A stretch of 48,995 nt of DNA from Thermoplasmata archaeon. Its GTDB lineage: Archaea > Thermoplasmatota > Thermoplasmata > RBG-16-68-12. The notes beneath the pieces are model-generated. The model saw nothing but the letters and a program-made list of their open reading frames with translations, was not told the DNA's origin and ran no database searches. Positions 1 to 9,858 of the stretch are shown here, one piece after another. The position numbers were made by a program, and so were the translations under genes. How positions within the stretch are numbered: the stretch's first letter is position 1; every line of letters begins with the position of its first letter. The stretch is from contig DATEUA010000073.1 of the NCBI GenBank assembly GCA_035283405.1, positions 1 to 48,995 on the forward strand, in the 5' to 3' direction.

Positions 1-1353
1 GAACTCGAGGTCCTTCCCCACCGCGTCCACGGCGGACCAGAACGCGGGCGTCGTGAGCTCGATGATCGTGTTCCTCACGGGATGTTTGACCTCCCCGTCC
101 TCGACGAGGTACGCCTCACGCCCGGCGTATTTCGCGTTGTACCGCTTGTCGTCGATGTTCCATTCCATGAACGACTTCATGTAGACGCCTAACTTCACGT
201 CCTCGAGCAGTTCCTCGATCGTGTGGTCCTTCGGCTCCACGAACGTGTTCGCCATCCGCACGATCGCCTCCACGTTGTAGTTCACGGCGCGTGCGGCGCC
301 GTTGCTCCGTGTCCCGAGCACGGCAGCGGTCTCGCGGTTGTGGAGGAATTCGTGGACGATCCCGTCCTTGTACAGGTACCGACGTCTCGCGCGGACGCCC
401 TCGTCATCCGTCTCGTAGTACGCGATCGCATGCTCGACGGTCGGATCGTCGACCACGTTCACGAGACCGGACCCGACACGCGTTCCGATCGCCTCGGGCG
501 TAAGGAAGGACTTGCCCGCCTGGCTCGCCTCCCGGCCGAGCACCCGGTCCGCCTCCGTGGGATGGCCGCACGACTCGTGGGATGCGATACCGGAAACCTG
601 GGGACCGACGACGAGGTCCATCTTCCCCTCCGGTGATTTCTTCCCCTCGACGAGGGATCGCTGCATGGAACGAGCCTCCTCGAGGACCTTCTCCTTCCAG
701 TCGAGCGTTCGCACGCCATCCCAGCCGCCGGACCAACCGTAGTTGCGATACGTCTGCTCGATGTCCCCGTCGCGCGCGACCGTCAGGAAGTAGAAGAGAC
801 GAAGCCGCGGACTGTACGAATGGATCTTGGATCCTTCCGAGTTCGCGAAGTACTTCTGGATCCGGTTGTTCGACATCTGGAAGTACCGGGCGGGGACCTT
901 GTACCGGAGGGCCATGACGGCTTTGTCCATCTCGCCGATCTCGCGAATCTTCTCGTCCAATGGGACGTCCGCGAGGCGCTTCCGCTCTGGCACGGACCAT
1001 TCCGTCTCGACCGCGTCCTCCTGGGCAAACGTGATTGGGGTCTTGCGCGCGGAGGCTTTCGCGACCTTGACCGCATCGTCGACCGTCGCCCGGACCTCCG
1101 GTTTCGTGAGGGTGTTCGTCGCGGCGAACCCGAGGCTCCCCTTCACGAGGACCCGCACGCCCACCCCCTGGTCCTCGCCGACGAACACCGCGTCGAGGAC
1201 CCCGTTCTTCAGGATGAACTGCTCCTGCGTCTGATGTTCGTACCGCGCCTCGGCATACGCCACCCGCTTCTGTCGCGCATAATCGACCGCGTAATCGACG
1301 AGATCCGGATCCGGCACGCCGCTCCCCGCGCGGGGCATCACGAGGACGGCCAT
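1..1353 (-). CDS. tldD: TldD-family metallopeptidase; the C-terminal end runs off the window edge
   Basis: Missing from the ORF track because there is no stop in the window. Manual minus-strand translation from the ATG (cat at 1351-1353) gives MAVLVMPRAGSGVPDPDLVDYAVDYARQKRVAYAEARYE... It contains HESCGHPTEADR (HExxxH) and GVYMKSFMEWNIDDKRYN. The R/G/P-rich ORFs listed here are off-frame shadows of it. Confidence 0.8.
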   Translation of the reverse strand, partial: MAVLVMPRAGSGVPDPDLVDYAVDYARQKRVAYAEARYEHQTQEQFILKNGVLDAVFVGEDQGVGVRVLVKGSLGFAATNTLTKPEVRATVDDAVKVAKASARKTPITFAQEDAVETEWSVPERKRLADVPLDEKIREIGEMDKAVMALRYKVPARYFQMSNNRIQKYFANSEGSKIHSYSPRLRLFYFLTVARDGDIEQTYRNYGWSGGWDGVRTLDWKEKVLEEARSMQRSLVEGKKSPEGKMDLVVGPQVSGIASHESCGHPTEADRVLGREASQAGKSFLTPEAIGTRVGSGLVNVVDDPTVEHAIAYYETDDEGVRARRRYLYKDGIVHEFLHNRETAAVLGTRSNGAARAVNYNVEAIVRMANTFVEPKDHTIEELLEDVKLGVYMKSFMEWNIDDKRYNAKYAGREAYLVEDGEVKHPVRNTIIELTTPAFWSAVDAVGKDLEF

Positions 1354-1413
1354 TAAAGTGTCGCGCTCGGCCGGGCGGAAAGTATTTTGGACGGAGGGTG
1401 CCATGGACCGCGC

Positions 1414-1698
1414 GTGCCGAAGGGCGACCGGCCGATCGTCCTCTACCCGGCGTACTTCGACGCGTCCCGGTCGCGCGATCGCGGCCGCCGGGTCGCGAAG
1501 AGAGTCGCGGTCGACGCGCCGACGGTCGACGACATTGCCGAGGCGGCAAAGGCCCTGGGGCTCGAACCGAAGGTGGAGGCGGACAAAGCCTTCCCATCGA
1601 CTCCTTGGAGAAAGGAAGGTCGGGTCCTCGTCCGTGCGGACTACTATAAGACGTCCGTCGTCCGGAAGGTCGCCGAGAAACTGAAGGCGTCGCGCTGA
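1414..1698 (+). CDS. srp19: Signal recognition particle protein SRP19
   Basis: PIVLYPAYFDASRSRDRGRRVAK...LGLEP...FPSTPWRKEGRVLV matches the archaeal SRP19 pattern. The ORF opens at TTG 1387. I prefer GTG 1414, which lies ~27 nt downstream of the AT-rich AAGTATTTT at 1379-1388. Confidence 0.8.
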   Translation: MPKGDRPIVLYPAYFDASRSRDRGRRVAKRVAVDAPTVDDIAEAAKALGLEPKVEADKAFPSTPWRKEGRVLVRADYYKTSVVRKVAEKLKASR

Positions 1699-1699
1699 G

Positions 1700-1993
1700 T
1701 CACGGCCGGTTCGGGGTGACCCGCTGGTCCTCGACGAGGCGCTTCCCGGACGCGACGAGGTCCACGGAGTGGATGACGGCTCCCAGCTCGCGGAGCGTGT
1801 CCTCGACGCTCTCGTAGTTCACGGAACCCCCTTCAATCGTGAGGAGGACGCTTTCCGTGTCTTGGTCGACCTCGTCCAGACGACAGCTCACGCCCTCGAC
1901 GCCCTTCAACCCGCTCAACCGTCTGGACATTTCGATGATGGACGGTTTGTGGGGCTTGAGCACGTCCAAGACGAGGCGCTTGATTTCACTCAC
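1700..1993 (-). CDS. DUF211-family small archaeal protein
   Basis: IKRLVLDVLKPHKPSIIEMSRRLSGLKGVEGVSCRLDEVDQDTESVLLTIEGGSVNYESVEDTLRELGAVIHSVD matches the remembered DUF211 pattern (~95 aa). Start taken at GTG 1993; the ORF extends to 2038. Confidence 0.7.
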   Translation of the reverse strand: MSEIKRLVLDVLKPHKPSIIEMSRRLSGLKGVEGVSCRLDEVDQDTESVLLTIEGGSVNYESVEDTLRELGAVIHSVDLVASGKRLVEDQRVTPNRP

Positions 1994-2079
1994 GGGTGTC
2001 GATGCTCCGAAGGGCTGCGCCCATCGGGAGCGATGCACTTAAACGTTATTGGGATGCGGAAGGACTTCGATATCCCACG

Positions 2080-2967
2080 CTACGCCGTCGTGACCTCCGC
2101 ACCGTCCGCGCGGACGATCACCGTGTGCTCCGTCTGGGACACGATCCCCCCCGCCGTGTCGACGAGGGCCGGATACGTCATTGCGGCGCGGAGCCGCACG
2201 AGCCGGTTCAGCATCTCCGGCGCCCTTCGATCCAGGCGGTACGCCCAACGCTCTGCGAAGGGGAGCGTCTTGAACGTCGTCGACAGGAGGGAAAGGAATT
2301 CCTCCAAGGTGTCGTCGCGAAGTGCCTTCGACTTGAGGAGGCGGTAGATGTTTCCGGTCCGGCGACCGTCCACCTGGCCCGACCCCGAAGTCGAGAAAGG
2401 CTCGATGGCGACAACATCTCCTTCCTGCAGGGCATCGTGGCCGTGGGGAACGTTCGGGACGCTTTTGCCTGCATGAAGGAGGTAGCGCTCGATCGTATGG
2501 CCGGTCAAGTTACGAATCGGCTTGTATCCATGAGATTCAATCGCCCGCTGGATCCCAGAACCTAGGTGGCTCGTCGGGACGCCCGGTCGGACGGCCTCGA
2601 TCGCCGTCTGCAGCGCGAGCTCGGACGCGCGAATCAGCCCGGACCAGTTCCGCGTCCCCACCTCGACCGTGACCGCAGTGTCCGCAATCCACCCGTCGAC
2701 ATGGGCGCCGAGATCCAGCTTCACGACGCTCCCTCGGCGGATCCGCGTCGCATCGTCGTGGATCGGCGAGTAGTGCGCGGCGATGTCGTCGAGGGAGATG
2801 CATGTCGGGAAGGCGGGCTGGGCACCCCGCGTTCGCATCAGGTCCTCGACGGTCTCCGCCACATCCAAGAGGAGCGCCCCCTCGACGGTCGCCTCGATCG
2901 CGCGATCCCGCGCTTCCCGAGACACACGGCCCGCGGCCCGGAGTTTCTCGAGCACGTCGGCGTCCAT
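2080..2967 (-). CDS. map: Methionine aminopeptidase, type 2 (archaeal)
   Basis: 295 aa. AHYSP, KLDLGAHVDGWIADTA, HTIERY..HAGKSVPN, VVAIEPF and TEHTVIV are typical of M24 MetAP2. Confidence 0.9.
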   Translation of the reverse strand: MDADVLEKLRAAGRVSREARDRAIEATVEGALLLDVAETVEDLMRTRGAQPAFPTCISLDDIAAHYSPIHDDATRIRRGSVVKLDLGAHVDGWIADTAVTVEVGTRNWSGLIRASELALQTAIEAVRPGVPTSHLGSGIQRAIESHGYKPIRNLTGHTIERYLLHAGKSVPNVPHGHDALQEGDVVAIEPFSTSGSGQVDGRRTGNIYRLLKSKALRDDTLEEFLSLLSTTFKTLPFAERWAYRLDRRAPEMLNRLVRLRAAMTYPALVDTAGGIVSQTEHTVIVRADGAEVTTA

Positions 2968-2972
2968 TCGCG

Positions 2973-3593
2973 CTACGACTCCTTCGGAACGGACCCGGAC
3001 CTAAGGACGTTTGCCCGGGGCCCGGTGAGGTCCACGACGGTGGATTCGACCCCGAGGGTCGCCGGGCCTCCATCGACGTAGACGTCCACGGCGTCTCCGA
3101 GCTGAGCCCGCGCCTCGTCGCACGTGACGGTAGGAGACTTTCCGTGCAGATTCGCGCTGGTCGACGTGATCGGCCCGACCCGCTTCGCGAGAAGCCGGGG
3201 GATCGGGTGGGCGGGCACCCGGAACCCCAGGCGACCATCCTTCGAAAGCACCGCGGTCGGCGCTTCCGCCCTCGCGCGGAGGACGACCGTGTAGGGTCCT
3301 GGTAGGTTCTTCGCACAGAACGCCTCCGCCAGAGGCGTCCGCTCGCCGAATCGGAAGATGTCGCTCACGTCGGCGACGCAGACGGACACGGAAAGGTCCC
3401 TGGGACGCTGCTTCGCCGCGTACACCCGGGCGATGGCAGCCTCCTGGAACGGATCCGCCGCGAGGCCGTACACGGTGTCCGTCGGATGGACCACGAGGCC
3501 TCCCGCCCGCAGGGTGTCGACGCACGTCCGGACGGCGTCCGCGTCGAGGACGAACTTGGACCCGATCGACGTCGCGGCCAGCATGACGGCCAT
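2973..3593 (-). CDS. tsaC: L-threonylcarbamoyladenylate synthase (YrdC/Sua5/TsaC family, YrdC domain only)
   Basis: VVHPTDTVYGLAADP, VYAAKQRP, LPGPYTVVL, ITSTSANLHGKSP and STVVDLTG are the YrdC signature blocks. Confidence 0.85.
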   Translation of the reverse strand: MAVMLAATSIGSKFVLDADAVRTCVDTLRAGGLVVHPTDTVYGLAADPFQEAAIARVYAAKQRPRDLSVSVCVADVSDIFRFGERTPLAEAFCAKNLPGPYTVVLRARAEAPTAVLSKDGRLGFRVPAHPIPRLLAKRVGPITSTSANLHGKSPTVTCDEARAQLGDAVDVYVDGGPATLGVESTVVDLTGPRANVLRSGSVPKES

Positions 3594-3615
3594 GGGCGCG
3601 TCAAGGGACGCCGGG

Positions 3616-4119
3616 CTAATGGACTTTCCCGGGCGCCGAGTACAAGAGGTAGCTCCGAGCGTCGAGCCGGCCGTCCGGGGGACGGTACGCGTCGAGCCGG
3701 AGCCCCCCGCCCGTCCGGGCGGCCACGAGGATCGCCTTCGTGAACGGCGCCGCGTCGTCGGCCGTCACGAGCTCGCGGAGGGACACGAAGGCGACGTCGC
3801 TCACCTCGACCCGGTCGGGCCGCGGCTCGCCGGACACGTACTCCATCGTGAAGACGAGGAACGTGTCGTTCGCCTCCGGGCCCACCATGTGCCGGACGGC
3901 GACGAGGGACTCCGCCCGGCCCCGGATGCCCGTTTCCTCGACGAGCTCCCGCTCGATCGTCTCGACGACGGACTCGTGCGGCTCGACGTAGCCCGACGGG
4001 ATCGCCCACAGCCCGCGCCATGGGCCGTACGTCTTGCGGACGACGAGGAGCGCCTCTTCGCGGACGAGGAACCCGCCCACGCCGACGGTGATACCGTGCG
4101 AACCGGGGTCCGATGACAT
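3616..4119 (-). CDS. NUDIX hydrolase
   Basis: NUDIX box PSGYVEPHESVVETIERELVEETGI. First ATG at 4119; the ORF opens at TTG 4137. Confidence 0.8.
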   Translation of the reverse strand: MSSDPGSHGITVGVGGFLVREEALLVVRKTYGPWRGLWAIPSGYVEPHESVVETIERELVEETGIRGRAESLVAVRHMVGPEANDTFLVFTMEYVSGEPRPDRVEVSDVAFVSLRELVTADDAAPFTKAILVAARTGGGLRLDAYRPPDGRLDARSYLLYSAPGKVH

Positions 4120-4147
4120 GGGGCGTCCAACGCGCAAGGACGCATGG

Positions 4148-4155
4148 CTTTTATC
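4148..4155. promoter_or_regulatory. TATA-like element shared by two divergent genes
   Basis: CTTTTATC lies 29-36 nt from the minus-strand ATG at 4119 and 33-40 nt from the plus-strand ATG at 4188. It is the only AT-rich patch in the 68-bp intergenic region. Confidence 0.45.
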
Positions 4156-4187
4156 CCACGCCCCGCTCGGCCCTGGTGGGAAGCTCC

Positions 4188-6038
4188 ATGCCGGGCACCG
4201 TGCGATTCACGCCGCGACGGTACGTCACGAAGATCTGGGACTTCGGCAATTTCGACATCTCGCCGGATGGACGGCTCCTGGCCTACTCCGCAAACCGAGA
4301 GGCGCACTGGAGCATCTACGTGAGGAGCCTGAGATCGGGCCGCGAATGGGCCCTCGTGAAGTCCGACAAACCCATGCGCAACCCAGAGTTTTCCCCGGAC
4401 GGCCGCTGGATCGCGATGCAGGCGGACCTCGACGGAGACGAGAACTTCGACCTCTACGTCGCGCCTTCCAAGGGGGGCGAGCCTCGCAACCTGACGGGCC
4501 ACAGGATGGATGACGCGTCCCCGCGCTGGTCACCCGACGGCTCGAAAATCGCGTTCATCTCGAACCGGGACCGGGACCGCGAGAACGTCTTCGTGATGAG
4601 CGCGTCGGGCGGCGACGCTCAGCAACTCACCGTAATCGACGAGATCGTGAGCGAGATCGCGTGGCGTCCGGACGGATCGGGCATCGCGTTCTCCGCCGGC
4701 GTGGGCCAGCTCGACTGGATCGGCCTCGTCGACCTCCAGGGACGCGTCGAACGCGTCGTGTCCTTCCCGGACGCGGAGGCGCATCTCGGGGGGGACTACG
4801 GCCACCCGTTCCCCTGGTCCCCGGATGGCCGCCGCCTCGCCTTCGCCTCGAATCTCCACGGCTGGAACGACATCGGCGTCCTCGATCTCGCGACGCGCGA
4901 GCTCCGCTGGGTGGTCCGGAACCGCCGGGAGAAGCTACGTCCGGTATGGTCCCCGGACGGATCCCGACTGGCGTACCTCGAGAACCGCGATGGAAACGTC
5001 CAGGTCAAGTCGGCCTCGGCGTCCGGCCGCGGCATTCAGGCCGTCTCCCCGGCGGAGGGCGTGGCGCAACGCGCCCGGTGGCATCCGGATGGCGGACTCG
5101 TCTACCTTCACTCGAGTCAGACGCAGCCGGCCAGGCTCATCGCCCAGCGAGGCAGCCGGCGCCGCGTCCTCGTCGACGGCGCGCGCGTGGCGGTTCCGCG
5201 GGGGGAACTCGCGCGGCCGCGGCTCGTTCGGTACACGACCTTCGATGGTCGCAAGATCCCCGCGTGGCTCTTCACGCCTCCGAAGGCCCGCTTCCGCAAC
5301 GCAGCGGTCGTCATCCCCCATGGCGGCCCGGAGAGCCAGACGACGAACGCCTGGGAGGACGGCGACTTCGCGGGCCAGTACTTGGTCGCCCAGGGATTCG
5401 CAGTCCTCTTCCCGAACTACCGCGGCGGGACGGGATATGGACGTGCCTGGCGCAAGATCAGCGACCGAGACCTCGGCGGCGCGGACATGGAGGACATCCT
5501 CGCCGGCGGCCGCTGGCTCCTGGAACAGGGCGTCTGTCCGCCCGGCCGCCTGGGAATTCTCGGGACGAGCTACGGAGGCTACGCGGTCGCCCATTGCCTC
5601 GAAAAAGCCCCCGACCTGTGGGCCGTCGGGGTGAGCATCGTCGGGTTCTTCGACTGGCTCACGGCCTCGAAGGAGGAGCGAGGGAACCTCGCCGTGTACG
5701 ACCGGCAGAAGATGGGCAACTATGCAACGGAGCCGGACCATTTCCGGAAGTACTCCCCCTACCTCTACCTCGAGAAGATCCGTTCCCCCGTCCTGTTCAC
5801 GGGCGGCGCGAACGATCCGCGGTGTCCGGTGAACGACGTGCGACAGATGGTCGCCGGGATGCGCCGGGCGGGCAAGACAATCGAGTACCTCGAGTTTCCG
5901 GACGAGGGGCACTGGCCACGGAAGAAGCGGAACGAGATCGTCCTGTATGAGCGGGCGATCGAATGGCTGGGCCGCCACCTGCCCGAGGAAACCGGCGCTA
6001 GAGGCAAGCACGCAAGGCGCCGAGGAACTCGCCGATGA
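4188..6038 (+). CDS. S9 prolyl oligopeptidase-family serine peptidase with an N-terminal beta-propeller
   Basis: Repeated SPDG/WSPDG propeller motifs. Catalytic GTSYGGY (GxSxGG), GGANDPRCP (Asp) and FPDEGHW (His). Start moved to ATG 4188, downstream of the TATA; the ORF opens at 4113. Confidence 0.85.
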   Translation: MPGTVRFTPRRYVTKIWDFGNFDISPDGRLLAYSANREAHWSIYVRSLRSGREWALVKSDKPMRNPEFSPDGRWIAMQADLDGDENFDLYVAPSKGGEPRNLTGHRMDDASPRWSPDGSKIAFISNRDRDRENVFVMSASGGDAQQLTVIDEIVSEIAWRPDGSGIAFSAGVGQLDWIGLVDLQGRVERVVSFPDAEAHLGGDYGHPFPWSPDGRRLAFASNLHGWNDIGVLDLATRELRWVVRNRREKLRPVWSPDGSRLAYLENRDGNVQVKSASASGRGIQAVSPAEGVAQRARWHPDGGLVYLHSSQTQPARLIAQRGSRRRVLVDGARVAVPRGELARPRLVRYTTFDGRKIPAWLFTPPKARFRNAAVVIPHGGPESQTTNAWEDGDFAGQYLVAQGFAVLFPNYRGGTGYGRAWRKISDRDLGGADMEDILAGGRWLLEQGVCPPGRLGILGTSYGGYAVAHCLEKAPDLWAVGVSIVGFFDWLTASKEERGNLAVYDRQKMGNYATEPDHFRKYSPYLYLEKIRSPVLFTGGANDPRCPVNDVRQMVAGMRRAGKTIEYLEFPDEGHWPRKKRNEIVLYERAIEWLGRHLPEETGARGKHARRRGTRR

Positions 6039-7083
6039 CCTCGGGATCGGCCTGGGTCCCCATCGTCCCGATGCGAAGGATCTTCCCGTGGAGCGGCCCG
6101 AGGCCGCCCGCGACGTAGACGTTGTGCTCCTCGCGCAGACGGGCGATGACCGCCTCCGCGTCGACGCCGTCCGGCGGGGCCACGCAGGTGACCGTGTTCG
6201 ACAGGAGGAGATCCGGTGCGATTGGCCGGAAGCCGGTCTCCGCGAGTCCGCCCCGGAGCAAGCGGGCCATCGCCGCGTGCCGCGCGATCCTCTCGTCGAG
6301 GCCTTCCGCCTTGACGAGCTGGAGGGACCTCCGGACCGCGTGGAAGAGGTTCGAGGAGATCGTCGTCGGGGAGGGGTGCCAGTCGCCCCAGTCGTGCTCG
6401 TAGCGGTCCCAGGTGTGGAGGTTGAAGTACCAGCCTTCGGCCTCGTTCGGGTCGGAAGACTCCCAGAGTGAGGGAGCGACCGCAATCGGGGCGATCCCCG
6501 CGGGGGCGGCGAGGCACTTCTGGGACGCGCTGAACGCGCCGTCGAGGCCGAGATCGTCGAAGGGCAAGGAGAGGCCGCCGAGGGACGACACCGCATCGAC
6601 GAGGACGAGCGCATCCTTCTCATGGGCGAGCTCAGCGCTTTCTTCGAGGGGATTCGTCACGCCCGTCGACGTCTCGTTGTGGACGACCACGACCGCCTTT
6701 GCGGGCTTCCGGAGCGCCGTCCGCAGTCCCTGGAGGTCGAGTCCCTGGCCCCAGGGGGAGCTCACGAGATCGACCTCGATGTGATGGGACCGGACCACTT
6801 CGCGGAGGCGAGCGCCGAAGAACCCGTTGTCGAGGACCACGACTCGGTCCGCGCGTCGGAAGAACGTGTGGATGAGGGCCTCGATTCCGGCATGACCGGG
6901 TCCGAGGAACGGGAACACGCGGGCCTTCGGCGCGGACCACACGTATCGTAAGAGCCCGAGGACCTCCTTGTACGCCTTCACCCAAGCGGGCCCGTAGTGG
7001 GGCAACGCGGGCTTCGCCATCTCCTCCAGGACACTGGGGTGGATCGGGACGGGCCCGGGGATGAACAGAAGGGGCGGGCGCAT
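5998..7083 (-). CDS. Class V aminotransferase (serine-pyruvate / alanine-glyoxylate type)
   Basis: LFIPGPVPI..., VVVVHNETSTGV, LVLVDAVSSLGG and FSASQKCL (PLP lysine). Its 3' end overlaps the convergent peptidase by 41 nt. Confidence 0.8.
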   Translation of the reverse strand: MRPPLLFIPGPVPIHPSVLEEMAKPALPHYGPAWVKAYKEVLGLLRYVWSAPKARVFPFLGPGHAGIEALIHTFFRRADRVVVLDNGFFGARLREVVRSHHIEVDLVSSPWGQGLDLQGLRTALRKPAKAVVVVHNETSTGVTNPLEESAELAHEKDALVLVDAVSSLGGLSLPFDDLGLDGAFSASQKCLAAPAGIAPIAVAPSLWESSDPNEAEGWYFNLHTWDRYEHDWGDWHPSPTTISSNLFHAVRRSLQLVKAEGLDERIARHAAMARLLRGGLAETGFRPIAPDLLLSNTVTCVAPPDGVDAEAVIARLREEHNVYVAGGLGPLHGKILRIGTMGTQADPEVIGEFLGALRACL

Positions 7084-7156
7084 CCGGTTTGTCTCGAATC
7101 GCGAATGGGGACCCCGGATACTTCAAGCTGTCCCGACAATTCTTGCCACGCGAAAC

Positions 7157-8134
7157 CTAGTCGCGGATGCCTTCCTCCATGATGCTGAAGACAGCTTCCG
7201 CCTCCGGGAGGTTCGGGGAGTCGATGAGCCGGGCGATGCGCTTGCCCCCCTTCGACTTCCGCATGTACACGCGGAACGTCGCGCTGTGGCCGACGATGTG
7301 ACCGCCGATCGGCCTCGTTGGATCCCCGAAGAACGCGTCGGGCTTCGCTTGCACTTGGTTCGTGACGTAGATGACCGCGTTGTGGAGATCTCCGAACCGC
7401 ATCAGTTCGTGGATGTGCTTGTTGAGCAACTGCTGCCGCTCTGCGAGCACGCCTCGGCCGATGTACTCCGCCCGGAAATGCGCGGTGAGGGAATCGATCA
7501 CGATGAGGCGGACCGGGAAATCCTTCGAGAGGTCATGCGCCTTCTCCACGAGAAGCATCTGATGGTGGCTGTTGAAGGCTCGCGCCACGTGGATCTTTTT
7601 AAGGACCTCATCCACATCGAGTTCGAGGGCCTCGGCCATGTGCCGGATCCGCTCCGGCCGAAACGTCTGCTCCGTGTCGATCCACACACTCTCGGCGTCG
7701 AGTCCTCCCTCGTCCTCCGGTCTTGTGACGTTCACGGAAAGCTGATGGGCAAGAGCTGTCTTCCCGCTGCCAAATTCGCCGTAGCACTCCGTGATCGCCT
7801 GGGACTCCAGGCCTCCGCCCAGGAGTTCGTCGAGGGCCTTCGCGCCGGTGGTGAGTTTCGCGACAGACTTGCGGCGCTCGAGGATGATGTCCCCCGTCTC
7901 GAACCCGCCGACGTCGGCGGCTTCCCGGGCCGCAATGATGATTTTCTGCGCGACGTTGGACCCGATTTCGGCAGCGTCCGCGACCATCTGGGGCGATGCC
8001 ACGGCAAGGGCCATCAAGTCCGAATACCCGGCCTCCTTCAGCTTCTCCGCGGTCGCGGGGCCCACGCCCGGTAGCTCTTCGATGGCCTTCGCGCTGACAG
8101 CCACCCTTTCACCTTTCCGTTCATCCCGGGCCAT
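7157..8134 (-). CDS. radA: DNA repair and recombination protein RadA
   Basis: N-terminal HhH ([20 protein letters not shown]), Walker [24 protein letters not shown] and IYVTNQV. Confidence 0.95.
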   Translation of the reverse strand: MARDERKGERVAVSAKAIEELPGVGPATAEKLKEAGYSDLMALAVASPQMVADAAEIGSNVAQKIIIAAREAADVGGFETGDIILERRKSVAKLTTGAKALDELLGGGLESQAITECYGEFGSGKTALAHQLSVNVTRPEDEGGLDAESVWIDTEQTFRPERIRHMAEALELDVDEVLKKIHVARAFNSHHQMLLVEKAHDLSKDFPVRLIVIDSLTAHFRAEYIGRGVLAERQQLLNKHIHELMRFGDLHNAVIYVTNQVQAKPDAFFGDPTRPIGGHIVGHSATFRVYMRKSKGGKRIARLIDSPNLPEAEAVFSIMEEGIRD

Positions 8135-8249
8135 GCCTAAAAGGGTAAGACGGGGGGGTGTGTGAAACTATCGGAATCCGCCTCCGAGGCGCGATGAAAC
8201 TACCGCCACGGAACACGTTTTTCCTTCCGGACGCGATACCGGTTCCGAG

Positions 8250-9002
8250 ATGCCGTCCCGGCTGCCGTTCGACCGCGTCGCGACGATCTACGACGAGACG
8301 CGGAGTCACGCACCCCGGGTCCTTGCTCGGGTCCTCGGTATCCTGGTCGAAGAACTCCACGGCAAACGGGTCCTAGAAGTCGGCGTTGGCACAGGGCGAT
8401 ACGCGATCCCTCTCCAGAAGAGCGGCGTCCGGCTCGTGGGGGTTGACATCTCGAGGAAGATGGTCGAATTGGGGCTAGCGAAGGGCCTGAGGAACGTCCT
8501 GTTCGGGGACGGGGCCCACCTCCCGTTCCGTCCGGGGTCCTTCGACGTCGCGACGACGAACCACATGCTGCATCTCGTCCCCGATTGGCGGGAGGTGCTC
8601 CTCGAAATCGCCCGGGTCACCCGGGACAGCTACGTGAGCATCATCGAGGACGGGGACCGCTGGCCGATCAAGAAGGAGTACGACCAGCTGGTGCGCGACG
8701 GGGGGTTCGTCTGGACGGCCCCCGGTCTCCACGAACGGACCCTGTCCGAGACCCTCCGGCCGGACGTCGTCATGCCCGCGGGCCCCTTCTACGAGGCGAT
8801 GAGCGCCGACGCGATCCTGGCGGAGCTCGACCGACGAGACTACTCCTCTCAGTGGGACGTGCCGGAGGTCCTCCATCGAGACGTGGTGCGGCGGTTGCGC
8901 GACACGTGGGGCGGCCGCGATCTGTCCCGGACGTACTCCATGGACGTCTCCTTCTGGCGGATCCCGCGGCTCGCGGCGTTTGCCCGGAAGCAACGGCCGT
9001 AG
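8250..9002 (+). CDS. Class I SAM-dependent methyltransferase
   Basis: VLEVGVGTGRYAIPL motif I, VGVDIS, and FDVATTNHMLHLVPD. Confidence 0.75.
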   Translation: MPSRLPFDRVATIYDETRSHAPRVLARVLGILVEELHGKRVLEVGVGTGRYAIPLQKSGVRLVGVDISRKMVELGLAKGLRNVLFGDGAHLPFRPGSFDVATTNHMLHLVPDWREVLLEIARVTRDSYVSIIEDGDRWPIKKEYDQLVRDGGFVWTAPGLHERTLSETLRPDVVMPAGPFYEAMSADAILAELDRRDYSSQWDVPEVLHRDVVRRLRDTWGGRDLSRTYSMDVSFWRIPRLAAFARKQRP

Positions 9003-9004
9003 GC

Positions 9005-9775
9005 CTAGGGCGTCCGGGCGAAGACGGCGAGGGCTTCCCGCTCCAGGAAGTGCAAGTCGCCGGGGACGACGATGCAGTGGAGGGGCGGCCCGAGGTCCGT
9101 CCGGAGCAAGGTCTCCGCCGGCCCTGCGACGGCGCGCACGTCCGGCGCTCCGGCGCGGCTCACGACGCATGCGAGTGTTCGAGGACCGAAGAGTTCCGTC
9201 CCGACCTTCTCCGCCGCCCGAAGGAGCAGACGGACGCCTTCCTTCGGATCGAGGAACTGGCCGCCCTCCTGGAGGTCCAGGAGGACGAGGGTATGCAGCC
9301 CGGCCTTCCGATTCGCGACGACCGCCTCCAGGGGGCTGGCCGGCTCGAACCCGGGCGCAGGCATCGGCACGGTCGTCGTCCGGCCGAACTTGTATGCTTG
9401 GAGTCCAAGTACGCCGGCCGCCGCGCTCAGGATCGACGCGCCGTGCACGATCCGCGTCGCGATCGACGCGGCGGCCGCGCGGAGGCGGAGGTCCACGTGC
9501 GTCGTCGCCGACATCGGGTCGCCCGCGACGAGGAAGCCGACTCGACGGTCCTTCGCGGCATCGAGCACCGCCCGCCCGTCCTCGACCTCCCCGCGCGACA
9601 GGACACGGATCGGCCTTCCGAGGAGGCTCTCGAGAGTCTCACGCCGGGTCCCGACCAAGGCCGAGGTGTAAAACTCCGCAAACAGCTCGTCGCAGGCCCG
9701 GGCCTCTTCCAGACCGCGTAGGGTGATCCCCCGCTCGTCGTGCAGCCCGAGGCCGATGAACACGAGCTCCCCCAT
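9005..9775 (-). CDS. dph5: Diphthine synthase
   Basis: MGELVFIGLGLHDERGITLRGLEEA..., FLVAGDPMSATTH, and the tetrapyrrole-methylase fold pattern. Start at ATG 9775; the ORF opens at 9817. Confidence 0.9.
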   Translation of the reverse strand: MGELVFIGLGLHDERGITLRGLEEARACDELFAEFYTSALVGTRRETLESLLGRPIRVLSRGEVEDGRAVLDAAKDRRVGFLVAGDPMSATTHVDLRLRAAAASIATRIVHGASILSAAAGVLGLQAYKFGRTTTVPMPAPGFEPASPLEAVVANRKAGLHTLVLLDLQEGGQFLDPKEGVRLLLRAAEKVGTELFGPRTLACVVSRAGAPDVRAVAGPAETLLRTDLGPPLHCIVVPGDLHFLEREALAVFARTP

Positions 9776-9858
9776 GCATTCGACGAACGGCCGCGGGGGC
9801 CATGAACTTTGGTGCACCGAGAAGCTTCTTGAGCGTGGGCCCTTATCGCCGCGTGGAT

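Noticed and set aside
404-1597. 397-aa minus-strand ORF, plus several overlapping ORFs on both strands
   Set aside because: Its extreme Arg/Gly/Pro composition is typical of off-frame reading in GC-rich DNA. The real gene is the TldD frame (1..1353), which has recognisable motifs.
4935-6623. 562-aa minus-strand ORF
   Set aside because: It is antisense or off-frame to the S9 peptidase and the class V aminotransferase, both of which have clear catalytic motifs. It is R/P/S-rich and low in complexity.
8135-8249. Possible C/D-box sRNA in the radA upstream region
   Set aside because: Only a partial CGAUGA is present. There is no canonical UGAUGA C box paired with a CUGA D box, and no terminal stem.
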